From Azolla caroliniana (lineage: Eukaryota > Plantae > Polypodiophyta): a stretch of 64,000 nt of DNA. A program made the position numbers and the translations under genes. The notes beneath the pieces were generated by a model. That model was not told the origin of the DNA, did no database searches, and was given only the letters and a program-made list of their open reading frames with translations. The stretch lies in the NCBI GenBank assembly GCA_043228905.1, contig JBHGNT010000002.1, positions 5,890,001 to 5,954,000 of the forward strand. Reading direction: 5' to 3'. Positions 10,416 through 22,300 of this stretch are shown in pieces; position 1 is the first letter of the stretch; each line of letters starts with the position of its first letter.

Positions 10416-13400
10416 TGTTGAGAGACAAGCTCAACATCGGCCGGATCGGTTGAGCAAGCCGAGGACTGAATCGGTTGGGACTGATCGGTTAGGCCGGACC
10501 GGTGCGTAAAACAGATACGCAAACCAGTGCGTAATGAGAGGCCATATCGGTGCGTAAACCGAAAGGCCGTTAGAGAGATATTCCTCGTAAGGAATAGTTT
10601 TGGGAGTAAGTGTCGAGGCTCATTTATGAGCAGTCAAGTACTGTCAGTACTTGTGTCAGCCCGATTGTCAGGGCTTATATAAAAGGTGCTCACTGAGCAC
10701 GGTGTATGTATCGAGAGTTAGTATTTTTTGAATTGAGTTTTTTGTGTGTTCTCTCCCTGTCTCTCCCACGTACTACGTATACTCAAGCTCTCCATTAAAC
10801 CTGCGTATTTTTTGTGTGTTTGGTTTTCTATTGCTTCCGCACATAATCTTTTACATGGTATCAGAGCACAAGGGTTGAGAACCTCTGCAACCGACATAGC
10901 TTGAAAGAAAAACAAACAAGACGAACATGCAAAACCGATGGATAGAGGCATGGCTAGCTCGCTTCCAACGAAGAAGCTCGACAAAAACAACTACGCGTTT
11001 TGGTCTTACAAGATGCACCAGTACCTGCTCGGACACGGTTACTGGAGGTATGTCGATGGAGCAAATGAGATAGCACCCGATTCGACACACAAAGACTTCC
11101 CGGCGTGGGAACAATTGGCGAATAGAATGTTGTACTGTTTCGCTTCTTGTGTGGGCGAACAACTATTAAGATACGTTCGGGATGCAAAAACACTAAAGGG
11201 TGCGTGGGAAAATCTAAAGAAGTTCTTCGCCGCGAGCACCACAGCCAGGAAGCTTCAGCTCCGACAAGAGTTGAGCAACCTACAACAACGCGATTTGTCG
11301 GTGGCTCACTATACCTCGAAGATCAAGGACATATGTGACTCCTTAGCTTCCATCGATGTGAACATCGAGGAAAGCAAGATGGTCCAAGTCTGTCTCGGGG
11401 GTTTGGCGCCAAAGTTCGGAGCGTTCCGAACTACTGTGTGTACACGGGAGAATACGTCGTCGTTTTTTGACTTACAATCAATGCTCCTTATAGAGGAGAA
11501 CCATGCGGGTGCGTCGACAAGCATGCATGCTGACAGCAAGATATTGTACACGGAGGGAGATAGGCCCTGTGGTCGTGGCGGACGAGGCGAGTCGGTACGC
11601 AATGGAGGCGGCTGACGGGATCAAGGAAGAAGGCACCGAAGTGATGCTGACAGCAATTCCGGACCCTTCGGAAATAGGGGGAGTCGAGGCGACAAGAACC
11701 GGCAAGGGAAATCCGTTGCGGAATCTTGGTACTGTGGAGAGCGAGTACTTGAAAAAGCGCGTCGATTCGGAGAGAACCAGGTCCGGAACAGGTTCCGGAC
11801 AGACCGACAAAGGAAATCAGCAACGATCACACTACGCCAAAGGATCCGGAGAAGCCGGAAAAGGGTCTGTCTTCGTGACGAGACATGAAGCAAACTCCAT
11901 GAAGAAGATCACCCCGAAGTCGGAGGAGGTGTGGTACGTCGACTCCAGCGCGTCAAACCACATGACGTGCCACGAGGAGTGTTTCTCATACCTTGAGAAA
12001 CTGACGCAACCAAGAGTAGTCGCAACCGGAGACGATACTTCGCATCCAGTCGCAAATGTTGGTGAAGTTTCCTTGAGCCATGTCGGGCAGAAAGGGAAAC
12101 TTATGAACGTGCTACACGTCCCAACAATCATGAAGAATTTGGTGTTGGTCGGGCAGATCATCGACCAGGGGATGCAAATCTAGTTCACGCATCTCGGGTG
12201 CTTCATCGAGGAAGAAGGCCGAGTTATTGCGCAAGGGCGCAGAGACGGGAGGATATTCATCCTCGACTCTACTGACGGTGGCACCGCAATGTTCACGAAG
12301 GGACAAAAAGTCGAGTCGGACATCGACCTATGGCACAAGCAGATAGGCCACGTCAACTACCAGCGGTTTCAAGACCTGCAATCGAAACAGGTGGTGTTCG
12401 GATTGCCCAAATTTAGTGGCCGGAAGGCAAAAATTTGTGAAGTCTGCCAGCTTGGGAAGCAACACCGACTTCTTTTCCCCAACGAGCGTAACCGGAGCCG
12501 GAACAAGCTCGACTTGATACACTCCGATGTGTGGGGGACGACACAAAAAGTTAGTCTTGGCGGGAGCTGATATTTCGTCTCCTTCATCGACGACTACACG
12601 CGGCACACGTGGATCTACCTCATTGAGAGGAAGAGCAAAGTCTTCGACTGTTTCTGAGACCTCAAAGGGTTTGTGGAAACAGAAACAAGGAGAAAGATCA
12701 AGTGCCTGCGGTCGGATGGTGGAAAAGAATACTTTTCCGGTCAATTCAACGGTTATCTACAACATATGGGAATTCGGCGCGAATTCAGTTGTAGATACAC
12801 GCTGGAGCAAAACGGCGTGGCCGAGAGGAAAAATCGGTCAGTTGTGGAAGCGGCACAGCCAATGTTGGAGGAGAAGAGCTTGCCCAACTTCTACTGGGCC
12901 GAGGCGGTAAGGACTGCGGTATACATTCAGAACCGGATCGGAGACAAAGTGTCGGCCCATGAGCAGTACTTCGGAAGGAAGGCGAATCTACAAAACTTGA
13001 GAGTTTTCGGTAGCATTGCATATGTGCATGTGCCAAAGGAGAAATGGAGGAAACTGGATGCAAAGGCCGAGAAATTTATCTTGGTCGGTAACTCGGACGA
13101 GCAGAAGGGTTATAAGTGTTATAACCAGCGCACCAAACAACCGCGCGTGAGCCGCGATGTTGTGTTTGATGAGTCCACATCCTGGTACTTGCCTCTGACT
13201 CCAAACCTCACCTCCAATCTGAGTTCTGACGATGAGGTCAGCAAGACTGAGATGCCTCCGGATGAGCCTGAAATCAGGACCCGTGAAGAGAGTCCGATTT
13301 TGTTTCGGTTAAGTGGACCGAATGGACGACTGAGTCGGTTTGACCAGTCCGATGAAGAGCCGACGACTAGTGGAGACTCGGTCGTGCATTCCCCACGCAG

Positions 13401-16072
13401 GAAGCCGAGGAGATGGCTTACTCACAAAGAGAAAGGGAAGAAAAAGGTGTCGGATTCCGACACGGATGGGAAGCGGTGACGGGTCTTCAAGAGTGAAGTC
13501 CGTGTCGGTCGAGAAGACCTTGACATCGGCTAATGACCGATTACACCGATCTACCCGCCAGAAGAACCCAGTTGTGTGGTTCGGATACAACGAGTACATG
13601 GCGCATCATTATGCGTACATGACCCGTGTAGCATAAGTGCGTGAGCCGGAGAGCTACGCAAAAGCGGCTAAGGACGCGAATTGGTGCGCCGCGATGGAGG
13701 AAGAGATGCATGCATTGGTGGAAAACGAGACCTGGGACCTGATTGACGCACCGAAGGGTGTGAAGCCGATCGGATGTAGGTGGGTGTACAAGGTCAAGTA
13801 CAACACAGACGGCTCGGTCAACCGATACAAGGCCTGGTTAGTGGCAAAAGGCTACGCGCAGAAACACGACATCGACTACAATGAGACGTTTGCGCCGGTC
13901 GCGAAGATGACGACCGTCCGTGTTTTGCTCGCGATAGCTGTGGCAAAGGGGTGGCACTTACATCAGATGGATGTAAAGAATGCGTTCCTACAAGGTGAGC
14001 TTGAGGAACAGGTGTACATGGTATAGCCCCCCAGATTTCACTCCAGAACGAACACGTCTGCAGTGTGCCAATTGAAGAAGTCCCTTTACAAACTAAAGCA
14101 AGCCCCACGTGCCTGGAACGCGAAGATTACGCAGCAAGTGCGTCGATGGGCTTTGCAATGTCAAATTCGGACTCTTCCCTGTTCATCCGGAAAGGTCGAC
14201 TCGGTCCGGTCAGTATTTTACTATATGTTGATGACTTGGTCATCACCGGCGCCGACCTAGGTGAAATCGACCATGTGAAGCTCCAGCTTGCGGCATCATT
14301 CGACATGAAGGATTTGGGGCATCTTCATTACTTCCTCGGGATAGAAGTGATCCATACGCTTGAAGGCATATTGATCAGCCAACGCTATTATGTGCTGAGT
14401 ATGCTCTTGAAATTCGGGATGGCCGACTGTAAGTCTGTCTCGACTCCTCTGGATAGAACCATCAAGCTTCGCCCCAATTCTAGAGAGGTATGCGACCCAA
14501 TGAGGTTCCGACAAATTGTCGGAAGCCTTATCTACTTGACAATCACCCGGCCCAATCTCAGTTATCCGGTCGGGGTGATTAGGCTGTTCATGGCGCGACC
14601 TACCGAGGAGCACCTTTAGTGTGCGCAACGCGTACTGCGGTATGTAAGCGGCACTAAGGACCGAGGACTACTATATTGGATTGGTACAACCTTACAGTTA
14701 GTCGGCTACACCGATGTTGATTGGGTTGGCAATGCCGCCAATCGACGATCCATGTCCAGATACGCGTTCTCTCTTGGGAGTGCCGCGATAGCGTGGAGCA
14801 GTAAGAAGTAGCTGACAGTTGCACTATCGAGTACCAAAGTTGATTACCGAGGAGCGGGTGTCATAACATGCGAAGCCATATGGTTGAAGCGACTACTTAA
14901 GGACCTGCAAGAGGAGGTGTCCGATCCGACGACGATCTACTATGCCAACCTCAACAGCATCCAGCTCGCGAAGAACCCTGTTTTCCACACACGGACCAAG
15001 CACATTCAGGTGCACTACCATTTTGTTCGTGAGCGTGTCCTTTCTAGTGAAGTCGAACTTCAGTATGTTCCGACAGATCGGCAAACTGCCGACATCTTCA
15101 CCTAGCCCCTTGGTCTGGACAAGTTGCGGCAATTTTCGAGTGCGCTTGGGTTGCGTCACCTCAACGTGGCAAACTTGAGTGGGAGAACAGTCTCAAAAGA
15201 CCGAGCAAGGGAGTAGGAAAGGAGCGGAAGAGCCCGCGACACCAAGTCGGAAGAGTCCAAAAGAAGACATAAGGGGAGCAGTCGAAAGAAAGAGCCGAAG
15301 CCAACCAAGCATGGGGAAGATGACGCCGTCAAGGGTGAGAAGATCGAAGACGAGTTGGAGACAACCAACTCGGACCAGAGCGAAAACCGATCAGAGGTAG
15401 CCGAGTCGGTTCAGATGTTTGATTCGGATACATTGAATCAACCAAGGGCCAAGCGGAAAAGAAGGCAACAGGAGAAGCGCCAACACCGCGACAGCAAAGG
15501 AGCTGTGAAGGGCCATGGGAGCAGACAAGCCAACTGGAAGGGTCAAAGCGCACGGAGTCGAACAGGCCAAGGAGCGCGAGTGAGGCATGGAGTCAGGAGG
15601 AACCGAAGCAGTGATCCGGAAGATCTCGAAGAGCCTCAAGTTGAGCTTGAGGGGGAGTGTTGAGAGAAAAGCTCAACATCGGCCGGATCGGCTGAGCATG
15701 CCAAGCACCGGATCGGTTGGGACCGATCAGTTAGGCCGGACCAGTGCGTAAAACAGATACGCAAACCGATGCGTAAACCGAAAGGCCATTAGAGAGATAT
15801 TCCTCGTAAGGAATAGTTTTGGGACTAAGTGTCGAGGCTCATTTATGAACAATCAAGTACTGTCAGTACTTGTGTCAGCCCGATTGTCAGGGCTTGTATA
15901 AAAGGTCCTCACTGAGCACGGTGTATGTACAGAGGGTTAGTATTTATTGAATTGAGTTTTTGTGTGTTCTCTCCCTATCTCTCCCGCGTACTGTGTATAC
16001 ACAAGCTCTCCATTAAACCTACATATTTTCTATGTGTTTCGTTTTCTATTGCTCCGCACATAATCTTTTACA
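10416..16072 (+). mobile_element. Full-length decayed Ty1/copia element nested in copy 1
   Basis: LTRs 10416-10855 and 15658-16072; PBS TGGTATCAGAGC (10856); PPT GAGGGGGAG; TSD GTAGA/ATAGA; gag, WYVDSSASNHM protease, integrase, RT (LLYVDDL), RNase H. Confidence 0.95.
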
Positions 16073-16237
16073 ATAGACCTATCATGTATTTTTATATTTG
16101 CAAATTCTAATCAAGTTGTGGAACATGTGATACTAGTGCATCCAATTTTCATAGAGAGGGTATATTTGGATAGTTTCAAGAAGATTCTACAAGTGGAATG
16201 CGCAATCCTTCCACTTGTGAACGTGAACGTGATTTGT

Positions 16238-16370
16238 CACACAGCTTACCAGGAAGGGACAATTGTTCATTTGGTCTCAAGAAGCGGACATGGCTTTTGA
16301 GAGTCTTAAGAAGGGATTTACATCAGCTCCTATTTTAGCTCATGTTGATCTAGAAAAACCATTCATCATT
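16238..16370 (+). mobile_element. Ty3/gypsy pol fragment continuing 1-182
   Basis: TQLTRKGQLFIWSQEADMAFESLKKGFTSAPILAHVDLEKPFII. Confidence 0.88.
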
Positions 16371-19300
16371 TGTTGAGAGACAAGCTCAAAATTGGGTGCG
16401 TAAACGGGTACGTAACCCAGTACATAGACTGGGTGCGTAAAACCATACGCAAAATATGGTCATGGCGATATTTAAACCGAAAGGCCGTTAGAACGTTATT
16501 CCTCATAAGGAATAGTTTTGGGAGTTAGTGTAGAAGGCTCATTTATGAGCAATCAAGTACTATCAGTACTTGTGTCAACCGGATAGTCAGGGCTTGTATA
16601 AAAGGTGCTCAATGAGCACGAAATATGTACAGGGAACATACAGAGAATTATTTTGATTGTAGTTTGTAGTTTCTGCTCATTCTCTCTCTCTCTCTCCCTG
16701 TCTTTCTCTGTGATTTCTAAGTTTCACCGAATTGTCGTACTACCGAACCGTGTACTCTATGTTCTTACACATACGCTTCCGCATACGTATTCTTTTTCAT
16801 GGTATCAGAGCGCGAGGGTTGAGACTCCTCTATAGCCAATAGAAAAGCTTGCGACAAGACGGAGTTAAGTTATTGTTTTTCGGAAAGGTTAAGACATCAA
16901 TATGGACAGAGGAATTGGAAGCTCGCTACTGACTGAGAAGCTCGACAAGAGCAACTACGCATCTTGGTCATACAAGATGCACCAGTACCTGCTTGGTCAT
17001 GGCTACTAGAGTTATGTCAAAGGAGATAACAATACAACACCCGAATCGACACATAGAGACTTTCGGCTTGGGAACAAGCGGCAAGCAGAGTTCTTTACTG
17101 CTTCGCGTCCTGTGTGAGCGACCAACGCTTGAGCTATATTCAGGATGCTAAGACGCCAAAGGACGCGTGGGCGAACCTCAAGATGATTTTCGCCGCTAGC
17201 ACAATGGCCAAGAAGATGCAACTCAAGTAGCAGCTCAGAAATGTCGGACAGAAAGATCTATCTGTGGCCGATTACACAACCTGAATCAAGGAGATCTGTG
17301 ACTCTCTCACCTCCATCAACGTGAATGTTGAGGAGGACGAAATGGTGTAAGTGTGTCTTGGTGGGTTAGCGTCAAAGTTCGGAGCATTCCGGACGGCGCT
17401 CTACACAAGGGAGATTATGCATTCGTTCTTCGAGCTTCAGTCGATGTTGCTCGTAGAGGAAAATCACGCGGGTGTGTCGACCAGTACGCACACCGACAAC
17501 AAGATGTTGTACACGGAGGAAGATAGGCACCGTGGTCGTGGCGGACAAGGCGGATCGATGTGCAATGGAGGTGGCCAAAAAGAGCGGAACTTGTGGCATA
17601 ATGGAAATGCCAAAAGCAATTCCAAACTCTCCAGAAGCAGGGGGAGTCATAGCGGCGCCAAAAGCCGGCAAGAGAAGGCCATAATGGAATGCTGGTACTA
17701 TGGCAAGAAAGGCCATAGGGAGAGCGAGTGCTGGAAGAAGAGAGCCGATTCAGAAAAAGCCGAATCGAGCGGAAGGGACATAGGAAGGCAACTGAACCAA
17801 GAACCTAGTGTCAGTCGGACAGATCATCAACCAGGGTTTGCAAGTTCGATTCATGCACCTCGGGTGCTACATCGAAGAGGAAGGCCATGCTATCGCACAA
17901 GGGCGCCGTGAAGGGAGGATGTTCATCCTCAACACCAATCAAGCTGGAACCGCATTGTTCGCGAAAGGAGAGAAGGTCGAGTCAGACATCGACCTATGGC
18001 ATAAGTGGTTCAGGCACGTTAACTTCCCACGACTTCGTGAAATGCAAACGAAGAACATTGTTTTCGGATTGCCGAAATTTCGGGGCCATAATGGCCAAGT
18101 CTGCGAAGCCTGTTGGGAAACAACACCGACTTCCATTCCCCAATGAGTGTAATCGTAGTCCAAATCCATTGGATTTGATCCATTCGGATGTGTGGGGACC
18201 GGCACAAAACATGAGTCTTGGTGGAAGTCATTTCTTCGTAACCTTCATTGATGACTTCACTTGGCATCCATGGGCATGCTTGATTATGGCATGGTTCTTG
18301 AAGGTGAAGAACCTTACGGAAAGGGAAACAGGGTGTAAGATCAAGTGCCTATGGTCCGATGGTGGGAAGGAGTACTCCTCGAACAAGTTCAAAAGTTATC
18401 TACAGAAGGAGGGAATTCGACGTGAATTCTCATGTAGATATATGACGTAGCTGAATGGAAGAATCAGACAATCGAAGAAGCCGCCAGGGCAATGCTTGAA
18501 GAGAAGCATATGCCGAAGTTTTACTAGGCTAAAGTTGTAAGGATTGCTGTTTACTTATAGAATCGGACCTCTGCTAATGGAGGAGTATCACCACATGAGT
18601 TGTATTACGACAAGAAGCCGAACTTGGCACACTTGAGGATTTTCGGCAGCATTACGTATGTGCATGTGCCGAAGGAGAAGAGGAGGAAGCTAGATGCCAA
18701 AGCTGAGAAGTGTATCTTGGTCAGCTATTTAGACGAACAGAAGGGGTATAAGTGCTATAACGGCCAAACGAAGGAAGTTTGCATAAGCCGAGATGTCGTG
18801 TTTAAGGAGTTCGCTTCGTGGTACTTGCCTTCACCTCCAACATCTCAAGACTCCATTTTGAATTCTGAAGAGGAGGTCAGCGGGGCTGAGATGCCTCTGC
18901 GTGATGAGGAGATCGGAGCTTTAACAAAGAGTCCGATATCATTTCGGCTAAGTGGGCTGAATGAGGAGTTGGGCCGATCTAGCCAACCAAATGAAGAGTT
19001 GGCGAAAAGTGGAGACTCAGTCGTGTTGTCCCCACATAGAGAACCGAGGAGATGGTTTACGCGTAAAGAGAAAGGGAAAAAGAAACTGTCTGAGTATGAT
19101 TTTGGCAGTGCCGAGTCAGATCGGAGCGAATTTGACTTCGGGCCAATCGGGAAGGAACCTCCACGGAAGGGGTCAAATCGACCGAAAAGCTCATGAAATT
19201 GGGTAATCACGAATTACACCGATCTACCTGCCTGAAGAACCCCGTAAAGAGCTCTGGGTATAATGAATACATGGCGCACCATTATGCGTACATGACACGA

Positions 19301-22300
19301 GTGGCAAAAGTGCGTGAGCCGGAGAGCTACATAGAAGTGGTGAAAGTCGTCAATTGGCATGCCGCGATGGAGGAAGAGATGCGCTCTGTAGAAACAAATA
19401 GTGTGCGGAAGCAATAGAAAATAGAAAATAGGTTTAATGGAGAGCTTTACAGTACGCGGGAGAGACAGAGAGAGAGCACATAGAAACTTAATTCAAAATA
19501 TTACTTTGTGTGTGTATTGTATGTGTTCAGTGAACACTTTTATATAAGTCCATATGGACTGACAGAAGTACGGTGTACTTCAATGCTCACACGAGCATCT
19601 GACACTAACTACGAGATATTAACTCCCTAGTAGACTAGCTGCTACTTGGCTTCCGGTTACTGCTTGATCAAGCTAACCAGCTCCCTAGCTCATCGGCTCA
19701 CTTGCTCACCGGCTCATCGATCTACCTCATCCTTCCGGATGCCGATCCAGCTTAGGCTTATTCAGTTGATCCGGATCTAGTTGAGCTTGCCACTGAACAC
19801 TACCCCTCAAGCTCAACTTGAGGTCAGATCGTAGTGTCAGTCTCCATGGCAGCCTGTACTTCCACCCGACTCCTTCTAGCGTCACTCCGCCTTGCTCGCA
19901 CTCCTCGTTTGGTCCGGTCCCATTTGCCGCGACCCTTCTGTTTCTATGCATCTCGACCTCTTCGATCAGATTGTCTGCTCAATAGGCCCAAATCAGCTCC
20001 CTCGCTGTTGTGACTTGGCTACTACTTGGCTTCCGGTTACTACTTGATCTGGCTAACCGGCTCCCCAACTCACCGACTCACTTGGTCACCGTCTAACCGA
20101 TCCGGCTCATCCTTCCGGAAGCCGATCCCGATCCGGTTGAGCTTGCCGCTCAACACTCCCCCTCAAGCTCAACTTGAGGTCGGATTGTAGTGTTACTCTC
20201 CATGGCAGCCGGTCCTTCCACCTGGCTCCTTCTGGCGTCACTCCGCCTCGCTCGCACTCCTCGTCTGGTCCTGTCCCGTCTGCCGCGACCCTTCTATTCC
20301 TGCGCACCTCGACCTCCTCGGTCAGCTTGTCTGCTCAATAGGCCCAATTCGGCTCCATTGTTGCTGTGACTTTGGCGCTTACCGATTCGCCGATTCCTTC
20401 GTGTTGGCGTCGACTTTCGTTGCCTTGTCATCCTCTTGGCCTTGAATCGATCCTGTTCTTCCGAATCCGCCTATTGAACCGAATCGGCTATCTCCAATTT
20501 GTTCCAACTCTTGTCTGAATCAGTCACTCCCGATTCGTCTTCCGGTTCCAGGCCCTTCACTACATCGAACCATGTCCGGGTCTTGGCCATCTTCTTCCAA
20601 TCGGCTCTGTCCTTCTTGACTCTACCGCCACTGCCGCTTGTTCCGACTTGTTTGGATGTGTCAACTTCCTTTGTCGACTCGGCTCCTTTCTTCTTCTTGT
20701 CTCCCCCTTTTTTGGTTCTTCCCTCACCGGCACAATCGGCAGTTTCTTTGCCTTTGCCCGTTCTCCTCCTCAAGTGTGGCACGTCAAGATATTAAACACC
20801 AAACATTTCGATGAAGTGTTGCAACTTGTCCGATTCGAGAGGTTTGGTGAAGATGTCAGCAACTTGCCGATCCGTATGAACATACCGAAGTTCGACTTCA
20901 CCATTCAAGCCATGCTCACGCACGAAGTGGTAGTGCACTTCTATGTGCTTTGTGCGAGCATGGAATATCGGGTTCTTGGCGAGCTGCATGCTGCTTATGT
21001 TGTCGCAGTAGATCAGGATCGGGGTCGGCACCTCGATTCGCAGGTCGTGCAGTAGTCGCTGAAGCGGTAGCGGCCCGGTATTCAGCCTCAGTGCTCGAAA
21101 GGGCCACTGTTGGCTGCTTTTTGCTGCTCCACGCAACAGCCGCGCTACCAAGGGAAAACATATAGCCGGAGGTGGATCGGTGATCCGATGCATCGTTGGC
21201 CCAGTGGGCATCGGTGTAGCCGACTAGCTCTTCAGTTATACCATGCCGGTATAACAATCCCCGGTCCTTCGTGCCGCTCACATATCACAAAATTCGATAC
21301 GCGCACAAAAGGTGCTCCACGGTCGGCTTTTGCAGATATTGGTTGATCACGCCGACCAAATAACTGATGTCAGGTTGGGTGATTGTCAAATATATGAGGC
21401 TTCCGACGATTTGTCGGAAGCGTTTCTCATCATAGGCCGGTCTAGAGTCGAGACGATGCTTCTGGTTCCGGTCCAGGGGTGTGGAGATTGGTCGGCATTC
21501 CGTCATGCAGAACTTGTACAACATATTCAACACATAGTGTCTTTGTGAGAGAAATATGCCGTCGGGGGTTCGGATCCCCTCGATCTTGAGGAAATAGTGA
21601 AGTTCCCCCAGGTCCTTCATCTCAAATGCTTCCGACAGCTGGGACTTGACTCAGCTAATTTCATCGAGTCCGGGTCCGGTGATGACTAGATCATCAACAT
21701 AAAACAAGATGCAAACCGGACCATCCGGACCTTGGCGGATGAGCAACGAAGAGTCAGACTTGGAGGCCGCAAACCCCATCTTACGCAACCGGTGCGTGAT
21801 CTTCGCATTCCAAGCTCAGGGGGTTTACTTTAGGCCATAAAGGGACTTCTTCAGCCGGCATACCGCCGACTTGTTCATCCCTGACTGGAAACCGGGGGGT
21901 TGGGTCATAAAGACCTCTTCTTCAAGATCTCCTGGAAGAAATGCATCCTTCACGTCCATCTGGTGAAGATGCCCCCCCCTTGCCGCAGCAACCGCCAACA
22001 CCACATGAACCGTCGTCATCTTCACTACCGGAGCGAAGGTCTCGTCGTAGTCGATTCCGTGGGTCTGCGCATATCCCTTCACCACTAACTGGGCCTTGTA
22101 CCGGTTTACCGATCCGTCGACATTACACTTTACTTTGTACACCCAGTTACATCTGATCGGTTTAGACTGTCAGGGAGGGTCAACTAGGTCCCATGTGTCA
22201 TTGGCATCAAGGGCCCGCATTTCTTCCTCCATAGCGGCACGCCAATTTGCGTCCTTTGCCGCTTCTGCGTAACTTTCCAGCTCACGCACCTCCGCCACCT

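Larger units (their letters stand above)
183..16233. mobile_element. Sola1-like TIR DNA transposon, copy 1 (transposase plus divergent ParB-methyltransferase gene), with three nested LTR insertions
   Basis: TIRs AACACGTTCGCGTTCACAAGTGGAAGGAT (183-211) and ATCCTTCCACTTGTGAACGTGAACGTGAT (16205-16233). Removing the element plus 4 bp (CTCT left, TTGT right; degenerate TSD) restores the gypsy frame CCT CTC ACA CAG CTT. Confidence 0.88.
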
